Below are positions 6,745 to 13,616 of a stretch of DNA of 41,794 bases, in pieces (position 1 is the stretch's first letter; each line of letters begins with the position of its first letter). The stretch lies in IMG/VR virus record IMGVR_UViG_3300005253_000069, positions 1 through 41,794 of that record. One strand, written 5' to 3'. The notes under the pieces are model-generated. The model saw nothing but the letters and a program-made list of their open reading frames with translations. It did no database searches and was not told where the DNA came from. This DNA is from a virus. A program made the position numbers and the translations under genes.

Positions 6745-6894
6745 CTACAACTGCACACACTTATATACATTAGCCACCTCACTACAGACTGACCCAAGTG
6801 GACACTCCACACACACCTCAGCTCCATAGCCTTTATCTTCCTTCTCATTATGACAGTCATCAACCATGTCTGCTAATAGTTCTAATGTAATCAT
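6745..6894 (-). CDS. Cys-rich micro-protein (49 aa)
   Basis: MITLELLADMVDDCHNEKEDKGYGAEVCVECPLGSVCSEVANVYKCVQL, with SD GGAGGTGAGTAGAATG. It is below the ORF-track cut-off. Confidence 0.4.
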   Translation of the reverse strand: MITLELLADMVDDCHNEKEDKGYGAEVCVECPLGSVCSEVANVYKCVQL

Positions 6895-6919
6895 TCTACT
6901 CACCTCCTCAACAACATTA

Positions 6920-7120
6920 TTACTTTGTCAACTCTTCAAACTGCTTATCTACTGCAACCTTCTGCCACGCCTTCCCAGCCCTAAAGCCTAAGTAGAATAA
7001 CTCCATTGGCTTTTCTAGTAGAGCCTCCTTCTTTTTTGTTGCATAGTATTTTGCTTCTTCTATTGTCATTTTGTTATGCCTCTTTTGTGTTACTAAACCA
7101 AAACCAAGCCCACCATCCAC
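6920..7120 (-). CDS. Hypothetical protein (first leftward gene)
   Basis: 66-aa ORF. An alternative start is M18 (MTIEEAKYY) at 7069. It is the first ORF downstream of the leftward promoter. Confidence 0.5.
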   Translation of the reverse strand: MDGGLGFGLVTQKRHNKMTIEEAKYYATKKKEALLEKPMELFYLGFRAGKAWQKVAVDKQFEELTK

Positions 7121-7247
7121 CCGATGGTATAGACTTTAGTGTTCATTTAATAGTATCTTATTAACAATGTTATACTTAAACCTCTACTTCAACAACCGTT
7201 TGTCAATGAGCCTGTAGATAGTGCTACCGAATTCTGTATTTTCAATC

Positions 7248-7275
7248 ATTATACAACAACTGACAGGAAAGTCAA
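7248..7275 (-). promoter_or_regulatory. Leftward sigma70-type promoter (TTGACT-16-TATAAT)
   Basis: The reverse complement of 7241-7280 reads acatcTTGACTttcctgtcagttgttgTATAATgattgaa. A half-site of the 25-bp palindrome (GTATTTTCAAT, 7236-7246) abuts the -10 and transcription-start region. Confidence 0.6.
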
Positions 7276-7353
7276 GATGTCGGAAATTGGACAGTTCAAC
7301 CCTTGAAAATGCCAAAGAGGGGTAAACTCAGGAAACTCCAACTGAACACTTTG

Positions 7354-7378
7354 AACCCTATCCTAAAGCCAATCTAAC
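7354..7378 (+). repeat. 25-bp direct repeat, copy 1 (AACCCTATCCTAAAGCCAATCTAAC)
   Basis: Exact copy at 7724-7748. Each copy is preceded by a GAACACT iteron, and together they bracket the iteron and AT-rich core. Confidence 0.9.
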
Positions 7379-7570
7379 AAAACAGCCAAAACAAATACCT
7401 CATTACAGCGGTTTTGAAAGAGGTTGTAACTGACAACTATAACACAGACTAGGATAGTGTTTAAGCCTCGTTGACAACCAAAACCTGAACACTTTGAACA
7501 CTATAACCCACTATAGGCTAAGGTTATAGTGTTCAGGCGCAAATATCCTTTATCCTTTCCCCACTCTTTC

Positions 7571-7598
7571 TTATTATATATATAATTTGTATGAATAT
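7571..7598. other. AT-rich block (candidate DNA-unwinding element) followed by two G6 runs
   Basis: ttattatatatataatttgtatgaatat contains only 3 G and no C in 28 nt and sits in the centre of the iteron array. GGGGGGAGGGGGG follows at 7612-7624. Confidence 0.45.
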
Positions 7599-7723
7599 GA
7601 GGAGAAAAAGAGGGGGGAGGGGGGTCACCTGAACACCTGAACACTTTACGTTTTTCAATACAGTCGTGGGTTATAGTGTTCAGAAAGCCAAAAATGAACA
7701 CTACGGAACACTTGGAACACTAT

Positions 7724-7748
7724 AACCCTATCCTAAAGCCAATCTAAC
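7724..7748 (+). repeat. 25-bp direct repeat, copy 2
   Basis: Identical to 7354-7378. Confidence 0.9.
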
Positions 7749-7811
7749 TTTTTTGGGGTTCGGAAAAGTTGGATTGCCTGTTAATTTGACACTGTGAATG
7801 ACAGGGGGGAC

Positions 7812-7839
7812 TTGACAAAAGTTTTATTTGTGATATAAT
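7812..7839 (+). promoter_or_regulatory. Rightward sigma70-type promoter with extended -10 (TTGACA-16-TGaTATAAT)
   Basis: TTGACA at 7812-7817, a 16-nt spacer ending TGa, TATAAT at 7834-7839. The SD GAGGGGGTGA and ATG 7881 lie about 40 nt downstream. Confidence 0.75.
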
Positions 7840-7880
7840 AAGGGTAGTTATTTGATAATTAGACAAAGAGGGGGTGAACA

Positions 7881-8081
7881 ATGAGTATTGCAAGGGATAT
7901 ACTAAGAGCAAATAACAATTTCTATCAGAACTACGGAGCAGTTACAGGTTGGCACAACGGAAGGCTAGTTATGAAAGAGGGGGTTGTAATAGATAGTAAG
8001 TGGTATATAGACAAAGTGGGTTGTTTCCTGATTGACCTACTACAGAAACGAAAGAAGAGAGGAGGTGTTAACGAATGGTAG
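7881..8081 (+). CDS. Hypothetical early protein
   Basis: 66-aa ORF, the first gene after the rightward promoter, with a strong SD. Confidence 0.6.
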   Translation: MSIARDILRANNNFYQNYGAVTGWHNGRLVMKEGVVIDSKWYIDKVGCFLIDLLQKRKKRGGVNEW

Positions 8082-8263
8082 TAAACTTAAAAGACTACGA
8101 AATTAGAATACTTAAAGCTTTATTATGGGAAGGGGTTGACAACTTAAGGGGGACAAAAGACATTGGTAGTTTGTTAGAAGAGAAGAAAAAGTTGTTAATG
8201 AAGAATATGGAAGTGGTGCATAAGAAACTAGAAGAAAGTGAGGTGATACAAGATGAAGGATAA
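8075..8263 (+). CDS. Hypothetical early protein
   Basis: 62-aa ORF whose start overlaps the upstream stop. Confidence 0.55.
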   Translation: MVVNLKDYEIRILKALLWEGVDNLRGTKDIGSLLEEKKKLLMKNMEVVHKKLEESEVIQDEG

Positions 8264-8543
8264 AGTTGTAGTAGTGAGAACAGTAACTAAAGAGGGTGAA
8301 GCTAAGGAGTCACAGGTTACACTATCAATGCCAGAGGATTTGACAGAGGCATCAAGGGAGTGGAGCAAGGATAGTGTGTTCAAGCTAGCCTGTAGAATGT
8401 TCGTGTTGGATAAAACCAATGCGGAGAGAGTGGCACTTAGAGGGGGAGAGGCTAAGCTTGCACGCAAAGAGGCTAGTGACCTGGCCAAACAACTATTGGC
8501 TGATCCAGAACTATTGGCTAAGATTAAGAAACAACTGAGCTAG
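8253..8543 (+). CDS. Hypothetical early protein
   Basis: 96-aa ORF overlapping the upstream gene. It is charged and probably helical. Confidence 0.6.
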   Translation: MKDKVVVVRTVTKEGEAKESQVTLSMPEDLTEASREWSKDSVFKLACRMFVLDKTNAERVALRGGEAKLARKEASDLAKQLLADPELLAKIKKQLS

Positions 8544-8572
8544 GTAGCTAATAGGGAGTAGTAGGTGATGTG

Positions 8573-8616
8573 AGAGGGGGTAGGGTATAACAACCTTGCT
8601 CCCTCTTTTCTGTTTG
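8573..8616 (+). terminator. Candidate intrinsic terminator of the small rightward operon
   Basis: AGAGGG (8573-8578) pairs with CCCTCT (8601-8606). An inner AGGGT/ACCTT stem is present, followed by TTTTCTGTTT. It lies 30 nt after the 8543 stop. Confidence 0.4.
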
Positions 8617-8714
8617 GGTAACATAAACAGCGTTTTTGAGAATGAGGGAAATATGGCGTATTTGGGTTGACCCTGTGTCAAAATAGGCAAAATGGAGAGC
8701 TATCCCATAAAATA

Positions 8715-8854
8715 GATCATATAGGGTTGATAGTGGGGATCAACATTGTTAGATCTAAGGAGATTGTGGGGGGTGATCCCAGTTTTTGTGAAGATAGATA
8801 GATCTAAGGATCTGAGATTGTAGGATCTGATAATCTTAGGATCAGGATCACCCC
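8715..8854. repeat. GATC / AGGATC repeat cluster bounded by a 10-bp inverted repeat
   Basis: Nine GATC sites start at 8715, 8738, 8752, 8775, 8801, 8809, 8824, 8840 and 8846. AGATCTAAGGA occurs twice (8751, 8800) and (A/T)AGGATC four times. GGGGTGATCC (8770-8779) is inverted as GGATCACCCC (8845-8854). Confidence 0.85.
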
Positions 8855-9267
8855 CTCTGTCTCTGTCTGCTTTTTCACTCTCTTGAATTAGCCTGGTTGT
8901 TAACATCACTTCAAATGTTGTCAAAATCTCCTAAAAATACATAGGTTTATGGGGGGTAGCGTGGATAGTTTTACATACCCCTGTATGTTTCATCATTAGT
9001 AATATTACCCCTGTAGAAGAGGCTAAGATTGCGTCATTTTGTATAGACGTGGGCGTGTAGCGAGTTATAGGAACGTGAGATATATGGGAAAGCGTGAAAC
9101 CCCCCACCGCCCTATTATATATATAGGGCTTCCCCTCATTTTCTGCACCAAAAAAATTGGGTTCGGGTGTAATCCACTATCCATCAGTGTTTCAGAGATT
9201 TCCACAATTTCAACCACAAAAATTCCGAAATTTCCAAAACCCGCTATCCATCACCATCTACACCCCC

Positions 9268-9296
9268 TTGACATCAGGAGGGGTTTGTACTATAAT
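9268..9296 (+). promoter_or_regulatory. Perfect-consensus sigma70 promoter (TTGACA-17-TATAAT) for the packaging/virion arm
   Basis: TTGACA at 9268-9273, a 17-nt spacer, TATAAT at 9291-9296. An A/T-rich phased upstream region (9190-9240) precedes it, and AAGGAG plus ATG 9332 lie downstream. Confidence 0.75.
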
Positions 9297-9331
9297 ATAG
9301 CTAGAATACCGTTACATCAAAGGAGTATGTT

Positions 9332-9805
9332 ATGCAACTACCTAGTACAATTGCTGGTGTACCTAGAGGCTTACCTCCAGCTCGACCCACTGGTGCACCC
9401 CAGGTTGGAGCTCCCACTAGAGGGATTGGACAGGGGGGTGGGCAGCAAGAGAGGGTACTTATGACCCTGTTGACAATGCTCTCACAGATGCCAGAGGCAC
9501 AGGTTATGTTACCTATGGGTCAGCTGACTGACCTTGTTGAAGGTGGGGGGATGGGAAGTTTGAATCCATCAATGGTTGGTGGAGGGGGTGCAGGTGGTGT
9601 TGGTAGGGGAGCACCAGCTCCTGGCTTGAGTCAACCGAGGCCTCGTCAGCCTGGTGTGCCTCAAGGTGGTGGTAGGCCTTTACCCCAAAGGGGGGCAGTT
9701 GCGGGTGGAATGCAAAGGACAGGTGTACCTCCGAGGCAAGGACTTGGTGGGGCACAGCCGAGGGGGAATGCACAAGCACTTATGAGATTACTGGGAGGAA
9801 GATAG
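9332..9805 (+). CDS. Gly/Pro/Arg/Gln-rich low-complexity protein
   Basis: 157 aa, AAGGAG 8 nt before the ATG, stop overlapping the GTG of the next gene. The sequence is dominated by G, P, R and Q (GAPQVGAPTRGIGQGGGQQ...GGGGAGGVGRGAPAPGLSQPRPRQPGVPQGGGRP) with a short hydrophobic core (VLMTLLTMLSQMPEAQVML). Confidence 0.6.
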   Translation: MQLPSTIAGVPRGLPPARPTGAPQVGAPTRGIGQGGGQQERVLMTLLTMLSQMPEAQVMLPMGQLTDLVEGGGMGSLNPSMVGGGGAGGVGRGAPAPGLSQPRPRQPGVPQGGGRPLPQRGAVAGGMQRTGVPPRQGLGGAQPRGNAQALMRLLGGR

Positions 9806-10293
9806 TGAGTGGGGTTGATGAGACTAGAGAAGCTATATCAAAGGCGCTGGATAAGAAACACATGTCTCCAGGTAAGGTCAGGCCTATAGATAAGAATATC
9901 CTCTGGATGTCGATGGTTGGGGCATCTGATGAGGAAATTGCTAAGGAGATAGGGGTTACTAGGTATGTTATTACTAACAAGCTGAGGAATCCTATTATCC
10001 AGAGGGAGATGGAGAGGCTGAGTAAGGTTGTTGATAAGGAGATTGTTGGCTTGACTATCGCCTCTAAGAAGAGGATGAACGAGGCATCCCTTACAGCTGC
10101 TGATGCATTGGTTAGTATGATTGAAACTGCTCCTAACTTCAATGACAAGTTGAAAGCAATAATCAAGGTTCTTGAGTATACTCATGGTAAGCCTCGGCAG
10201 AGTGTTGCTATTTCTGTGGATGATGGTAAGCCTCTTTCTGAGGATGATGAGAAGATAATTGATGTTATGATTGATAGTGATAAGGATGGTTAA
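9805..10293 (+). CDS. HTH DNA-binding protein, candidate small terminase subunit
   Basis: 162 aa with a GTG start after GGGAGGA. A helix-turn-helix-like segment (SDEEIAKEIGVTRYVITNKLRNP) is present, and the position just upstream of TerL fits TerS. No diagnostic motif, so the call is positional. Confidence 0.45.
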   Translation: MSGVDETREAISKALDKKHMSPGKVRPIDKNILWMSMVGASDEEIAKEIGVTRYVITNKLRNPIIQREMERLSKVVDKEIVGLTIASKKRMNEASLTAADALVSMIETAPNFNDKLKAIIKVLEYTHGKPRQSVAISVDDGKPLSEDDEKIIDVMIDSDKDG

Positions 10294-10452
10294 ATGAGAA
10301 CGGATAACAGCTATCAACCCTCTAGCACAGATGTATGGCTCGGTGCTGAAAACTATTTTATACAGGTTGCTATAGAGGAAGCTGCCAGGGAAGTGGGAAA
10401 GTTCAGGATGATAAAAAATAAAGGAGGCGAGAATTATGGTAAAAGTAGGTAA
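10294..10452 (+). CDS. Possible small ORF (52 aa)
   Basis: TAAATG coupling to the upstream stop. Reads MRTDNSYQPSSTDVWLGAENYFIQVAIEEAAREVGKF.... Below the track cut-off, overlaps the next start by 17 nt, no clear SD. Confidence 0.3.
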   Translation: MRTDNSYQPSSTDVWLGAENYFIQVAIEEAAREVGKFRMIKNKGGENYGKSR

Positions 10453-10714
10453 AAGCTCAACTAAGCAAGAGTTACTAAATGATATTTATGGACTCAGGCA
10501 AAGGATTCTTGATTTGGAGATGAAGATAATAAGGCTGAAACAACAAGTACATGTGAATCCAAACATTCCGTATGTTGTTCCAGCTCCTTATCAGCCCCCA
10601 ATTTTTCGAGATCCATGTATCTATCCATTTATACCCTCTGATGCTGATGCTGATGATGGTGGTACTGGAGATCCGTTGCCAGTGATGCCCCATACTGTTT
10701 GTAGTATGGTATAG
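10436..10714 (+). CDS. Hypothetical protein (N-terminal coiled coil, Pro-rich C-terminus)
   Basis: 92 aa, SD AAAGGAGG 7 nt upstream. Confidence 0.55.
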   Translation: MVKVGKSSTKQELLNDIYGLRQRILDLEMKIIRLKQQVHVNPNIPYVVPAPYQPPIFRDPCIYPFIPSDADADDGGTGDPLPVMPHTVCSMV

Positions 10715-10724
10715 GAGGAAGTAG

Positions 10725-10811
10725 ATGTTTACCATATTTGGCTGGTTGTTGGTTGCTGCTGTAGGTTATCTAACTTATCTTGAGATAAAAGAGGGTGTTG
10801 AATGGAGTTAA
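10725..10811 (+). CDS. Micro-ORF, single-pass membrane peptide (28 aa)
   Basis: MFTIFGWLLVAAVGYLTYLEIKEGVEWS, with SD AGGAGGA 5 nt upstream. The stop overlaps the TerL start region. Confidence 0.4.
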   Translation: MFTIFGWLLVAAVGYLTYLEIKEGVEWS

Positions 10812-12340
10812 GTAAGAGGCACCAGAAGGCTAGGGAGAAGGCTAAAAGCAGCCTCTTCCACACTGCTAAATACATCCTAGGTTATGATGACCTGACTGAA
10901 GACTTTCATAAGCCATATTGTGACTTCCTTCAAGATTTGGATGTACATAGGAAACAGGTTGAGATGCCTCGAGGTTTTTTGAAAACAACAGTAGCATCAA
11001 TCAGCTTCCCCATTTGGGTTACACTCAAATTTCCTAATGTCAGGATACTCCTAGCCAACATGGTGTATGATAACGCTGCTAAGTGTATTCATATCATCAG
11101 AGGCCACTGGCAACATAATGCGAGGCTTAGGGCACTCTTTCCAGAGTTGGTGTATCCAAGCTACAACAAAACCAGATGGAGTGACTCATGTGCAGAGGTT
11201 AAGCGAAGTGCAAATTGGGGTGAGGGTACTTATGAGTCTATAGGGGTGGCTGGTAGTAAGATAGGGATGCATTATGATATGGTTATTGAGGATGACTTAG
11301 TTGCTGCTAAGAAGGATAAACTGACTGGACAAGAGATACTTCCTAACCAAGAGGATATACAGAAGGCCATTGGGTGGCACGGGTTGGCACTTAACCTGCT
11401 TATCTCTCCTAGAAAAGGTTACATCTACAACATAGGTACTAGGTGGGGGCAGTATGACCTAATTCGTCACATCGTTGACAATCAGACTTATTATAAACGA
11501 TTTGTGCGTAGGGCAGTAGAGTTTGATGAGGGTGGGAAGGCGCTGTTGGATGATGATGGTAATTACATCCCCACATGGTCAGGTAGGTTTGATGGTGAGG
11601 CACTGAAAGAGGTTCAAGAAGAGCAGGGTGATTATCTATTTTCTATGATGTATCTAGGCAAGCCTTATAATGTTGAGGACATGATTTTTAGGGATGAGTG
11701 GATTAAGGACAAGGCAGAAAGTTCAATAGGGAATGTTTATGGAGGTATAGACTCTGCACTCACCAAGAAAAGCTACTCAGACTTCACAGTCATCGGTGCA
11801 GTTGTTGTTACTAAAGAGAAGGACTTCTGTGTTGAACATATTGTAAGGGGGAAGTTTAACCCCACAGAGATTATAAACAAGTTGTTTGAGGTGCAAGATG
11901 CATTCCACCCTAAATGGTTTGCGATGGAGAAGGCACTACATGAGATTGTCCTCGCTCATTACATCAGAGAGAGGAATAAGGAAAGGCTGGATAGTGACCT
12001 CGAGCCAGTAGTTATCAAACCTGTTAAGCGTCCAAAAGGTGAGAGTAAAGGGATGCATGTAAGAGCTATGCAGCCGATGTGCATGGCAGGAAGGTTTTAT
12101 ATTAGACCGTGGATGAGGATAGTGAGGATGGAGATGCTTGAGTTTACAGGTAAGGGGACTGATAAGCATGATGATATTCCTGACATGCTTGCTGATATAT
12201 TTGCGAGTATTAGATACCCCCAAGCTGATGTGCCTCAAGAGGTTAGAGATCCATTCTCAGTTGATGCAGTTATAGAAGAGTTGTTGGGTAAAGAAGATGA
12301 GAGAACGAGGCGCAGACACTACTGGCCTATGTATGCATGA
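10802..12340 (+). CDS. terL: Terminase large subunit
   Basis: 512 aa. The N-terminal ATPase has a Walker-A-like PRGFLKTT and Walker-B YDMVIEDDL. The C-terminal RNase-H-like nuclease has acidic motifs GIDSALTK and KHDDIPDMLAD. Size and position are typical. Confidence 0.85.
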   Translation: MELSKRHQKAREKAKSSLFHTAKYILGYDDLTEDFHKPYCDFLQDLDVHRKQVEMPRGFLKTTVASISFPIWVTLKFPNVRILLANMVYDNAAKCIHIIRGHWQHNARLRALFPELVYPSYNKTRWSDSCAEVKRSANWGEGTYESIGVAGSKIGMHYDMVIEDDLVAAKKDKLTGQEILPNQEDIQKAIGWHGLALNLLISPRKGYIYNIGTRWGQYDLIRHIVDNQTYYKRFVRRAVEFDEGGKALLDDDGNYIPTWSGRFDGEALKEVQEEQGDYLFSMMYLGKPYNVEDMIFRDEWIKDKAESSIGNVYGGIDSALTKKSYSDFTVIGAVVVTKEKDFCVEHIVRGKFNPTEIINKLFEVQDAFHPKWFAMEKALHEIVLAHYIRERNKERLDSDLEPVVIKPVKRPKGESKGMHVRAMQPMCMAGRFYIRPWMRIVRMEMLEFTGKGTDKHDDIPDMLADIFASIRYPQADVPQEVRDPFSVDAVIEELLGKEDERTRRRHYWPMYA

Positions 12341-12344
12341 GGTT

Positions 12345-12369
12345 CACATTTTCAATTATTGAAATTATG
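12345..12369. repeat. 25-bp near-palindromic motif, copy 3 (CACATTTTCAATTATTGAAATTATG)
   Basis: Starts 5 nt after the TerL stop and ends 17 nt upstream of ATG 12387 (plus strand). Confidence 0.9.
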
Positions 12370-12386
12370 AACTCAGGTAGGTTAAG

Positions 12387-12566
12387 ATGGCATTTCTTAA
12401 TGTGATTCCTAGACCCCTTTATGCTGGTAACCATGATGTTTATTGTGGAGATGCCAGGTTTTATGCAGGTTATAGAGGAGTAGGTGTTACATGGTCAGAT
12501 GTTAGTGCAGCGTCAACATCTTGGAATGATGTTGCTGCACCCTCAACAAGCTGGACAGATGTATAG
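12387..12566 (+). CDS. Small protein with STSW-DV tandem repeats (59 aa)
   Basis: MAFLNVIPRPLYAGNHDVYCGDARFYAGYRGVGVTWSDVSAASTSWNDVAAPSTSWTDV. Three tandem xW(S/N/T)DV units at the C-terminus. One codon below the track cut-off. Confidence 0.4.
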   Translation: MAFLNVIPRPLYAGNHDVYCGDARFYAGYRGVGVTWSDVSAASTSWNDVAAPSTSWTDV

Positions 12567-12575
12567 GAGAATGAG

Positions 12576-13433
12576 ATGGCTATAGCAGTAGTAGATAATA
12601 GTAGTCCTACATCGGGGAATTTGAATGATGTGGCCTGGGATGCATATAATGCTACAGTAGCAGCATTACTGACAGAACACGATTCCGCTGGTGCTCATAA
12701 CCTGACAGCCTATGTTACAAAGGCATTGTTTGATGCAAATACTATCCTTTATACTACTACTGATGATACACCAGTGGCATTGACTGTGGCAGCTTCTAGG
12801 ATAATAGGAAGAGCTTCCTCGGGGGCTATTGCTGCTTTAACTGCTGCTCAAGTTCTCACCTTGATAGGGGTGGAGAGTGGAGCTACTGCTGACCAAACTG
12901 AGGCTGATATACTAACCCTCTTGGGATTGACATCAGGTGAGGTTGACCAAGTAGGAAACTTAGGAGCTACTACCGTCAGCGCAACACAATGGGGTTACGT
13001 AGGGGCGATGACCAAAGACCCTATTGGTGGAGATGCAACAGCTGGAAGAATAGTAAGGACATCTTATATTACCATCGCTAATGGGTCAAATGCGTCAACT
13101 TTGAAGTGTACCCTTGTAAGTAGGTGGAACGGTGATGCCATCGCCGAAACCGATAATGTAGCAAAGGGTGCTACAACAGGTAGCTTTACGCTTGATGCAG
13201 CAGGAACGCATCTTAGGGTGGAAGCTGCTGGTCTTACTGGCAATGTTTTATACACACTAGCCAACATAATTCATAATGCTTCAAATACAAGCATATCAAC
13301 GTGGACAGAAGCTGATGCTAACGATATCGAAATCCAACTAAAGCTTATAACTACAGGAACAGCTCAAGACATGACTGTTTTAGTAGATACAGGAATTATA
13401 TTACTTGATATTCTTTATATAACAGATGCTTAG
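12576..13433 (+). CDS. Tail-fibre-like / receptor-binding candidate
   Basis: 285 aa, Ala/Thr/Gly-rich. The LIGVESGATADQTEADIL segment resembles the K-L-x-G-I-E-x-G-A motif common in phage fibre proteins. The C-terminal half looks beta-rich. Confidence 0.45.
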   Translation: MAIAVVDNSSPTSGNLNDVAWDAYNATVAALLTEHDSAGAHNLTAYVTKALFDANTILYTTTDDTPVALTVAASRIIGRASSGAIAALTAAQVLTLIGVESGATADQTEADILTLLGLTSGEVDQVGNLGATTVSATQWGYVGAMTKDPIGGDATAGRIVRTSYITIANGSNASTLKCTLVSRWNGDAIAETDNVAKGATTGSFTLDAAGTHLRVEAAGLTGNVLYTLANIIHNASNTSISTWTEADANDIEIQLKLITTGTAQDMTVLVDTGIILLDILYITDA

Positions 13434-13442
13434 GAGAGGTAA

Positions 13443-13616
13443 TTGGTTGATAAGGGTAAAGAAAAGAAGTTGACATTAAAAGAACAGCTCCAAAAAGACA
13501 TACTAGGCTACAACCAGCAAATTGTCAACCTCGCTGCGCAGACAAATCAGGTTATTGGTCAGATTAAGGAGGCTAGAGGCATCTTGGAGTTTATAAAGAA
13601 GGAAGAAGATGGCTGA
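13443..13616 (+). CDS. Possible coiled-coil small protein (57 aa, TTG start)
   Basis: TTG 13443 after AGGAGAGG. Reads VDKGKEKKLTLKEQLQKDILGYNQQIVNLAAQTNQVIGQIKEARGILEFIKKEEDG. The stop overlaps ATG 13609. Confidence 0.35.
   Translation: MVDKGKEKKLTLKEQLQKDILGYNQQIVNLAAQTNQVIGQIKEARGILEFIKKEEDG

Larger units (their letters stand above)
7138..7727. repeat. Iteron array: at least 11 copies of (T/G)GAACAC(T/C) in both orientations, including four copies of the 13-mer GAACACTATAACC
   Basis: 8-mers lie at 7138 (rc), 7343, 7486, 7495, 7528 (rc), 7630, 7638, 7675 (rc), 7695, 7705 and 7714. The 13-mer lies at 7496-7508 and 7715-7727 (forward) and at 7522-7534 and 7669-7681 (reverse), forming two inverted pairs. 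Confidence 0.85.

Noticed and set aside
7501-7701. Minus-strand ORF of 66 aa inside the control region
   Set aside because: It runs through the iterons, the AT-rich block and the G-runs. It has no SD, and its translation is low complexity (PPPPSFSPHIHTNYIY).
8715-8854. GATC/AGGATC repeats as a CRISPR mini-array
   Set aside because: The units are 7-11 bp with irregular spacing, there is no 25-40-bp repeat/spacer periodicity, and no cas genes are present.
8700-9464. ORFs 8700-8924 (minus strand) and 9039-9464 (plus strand)
   Set aside because: The first is composed of the GATC repeat cluster. The second reads through the consensus promoter and out of frame into the Gly/Pro-rich gene. Neither has an RBS.
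9513-10317. Minus-strand ORFs 9513-9779, 9780-10166 and 9838-10317
   Set aside because: They are antisense to the coupled Gly/Pro-rich and HTH genes. Their translations are Leu/Ser/Ile-rich shadows, they have no SD, and they would point against the operon.
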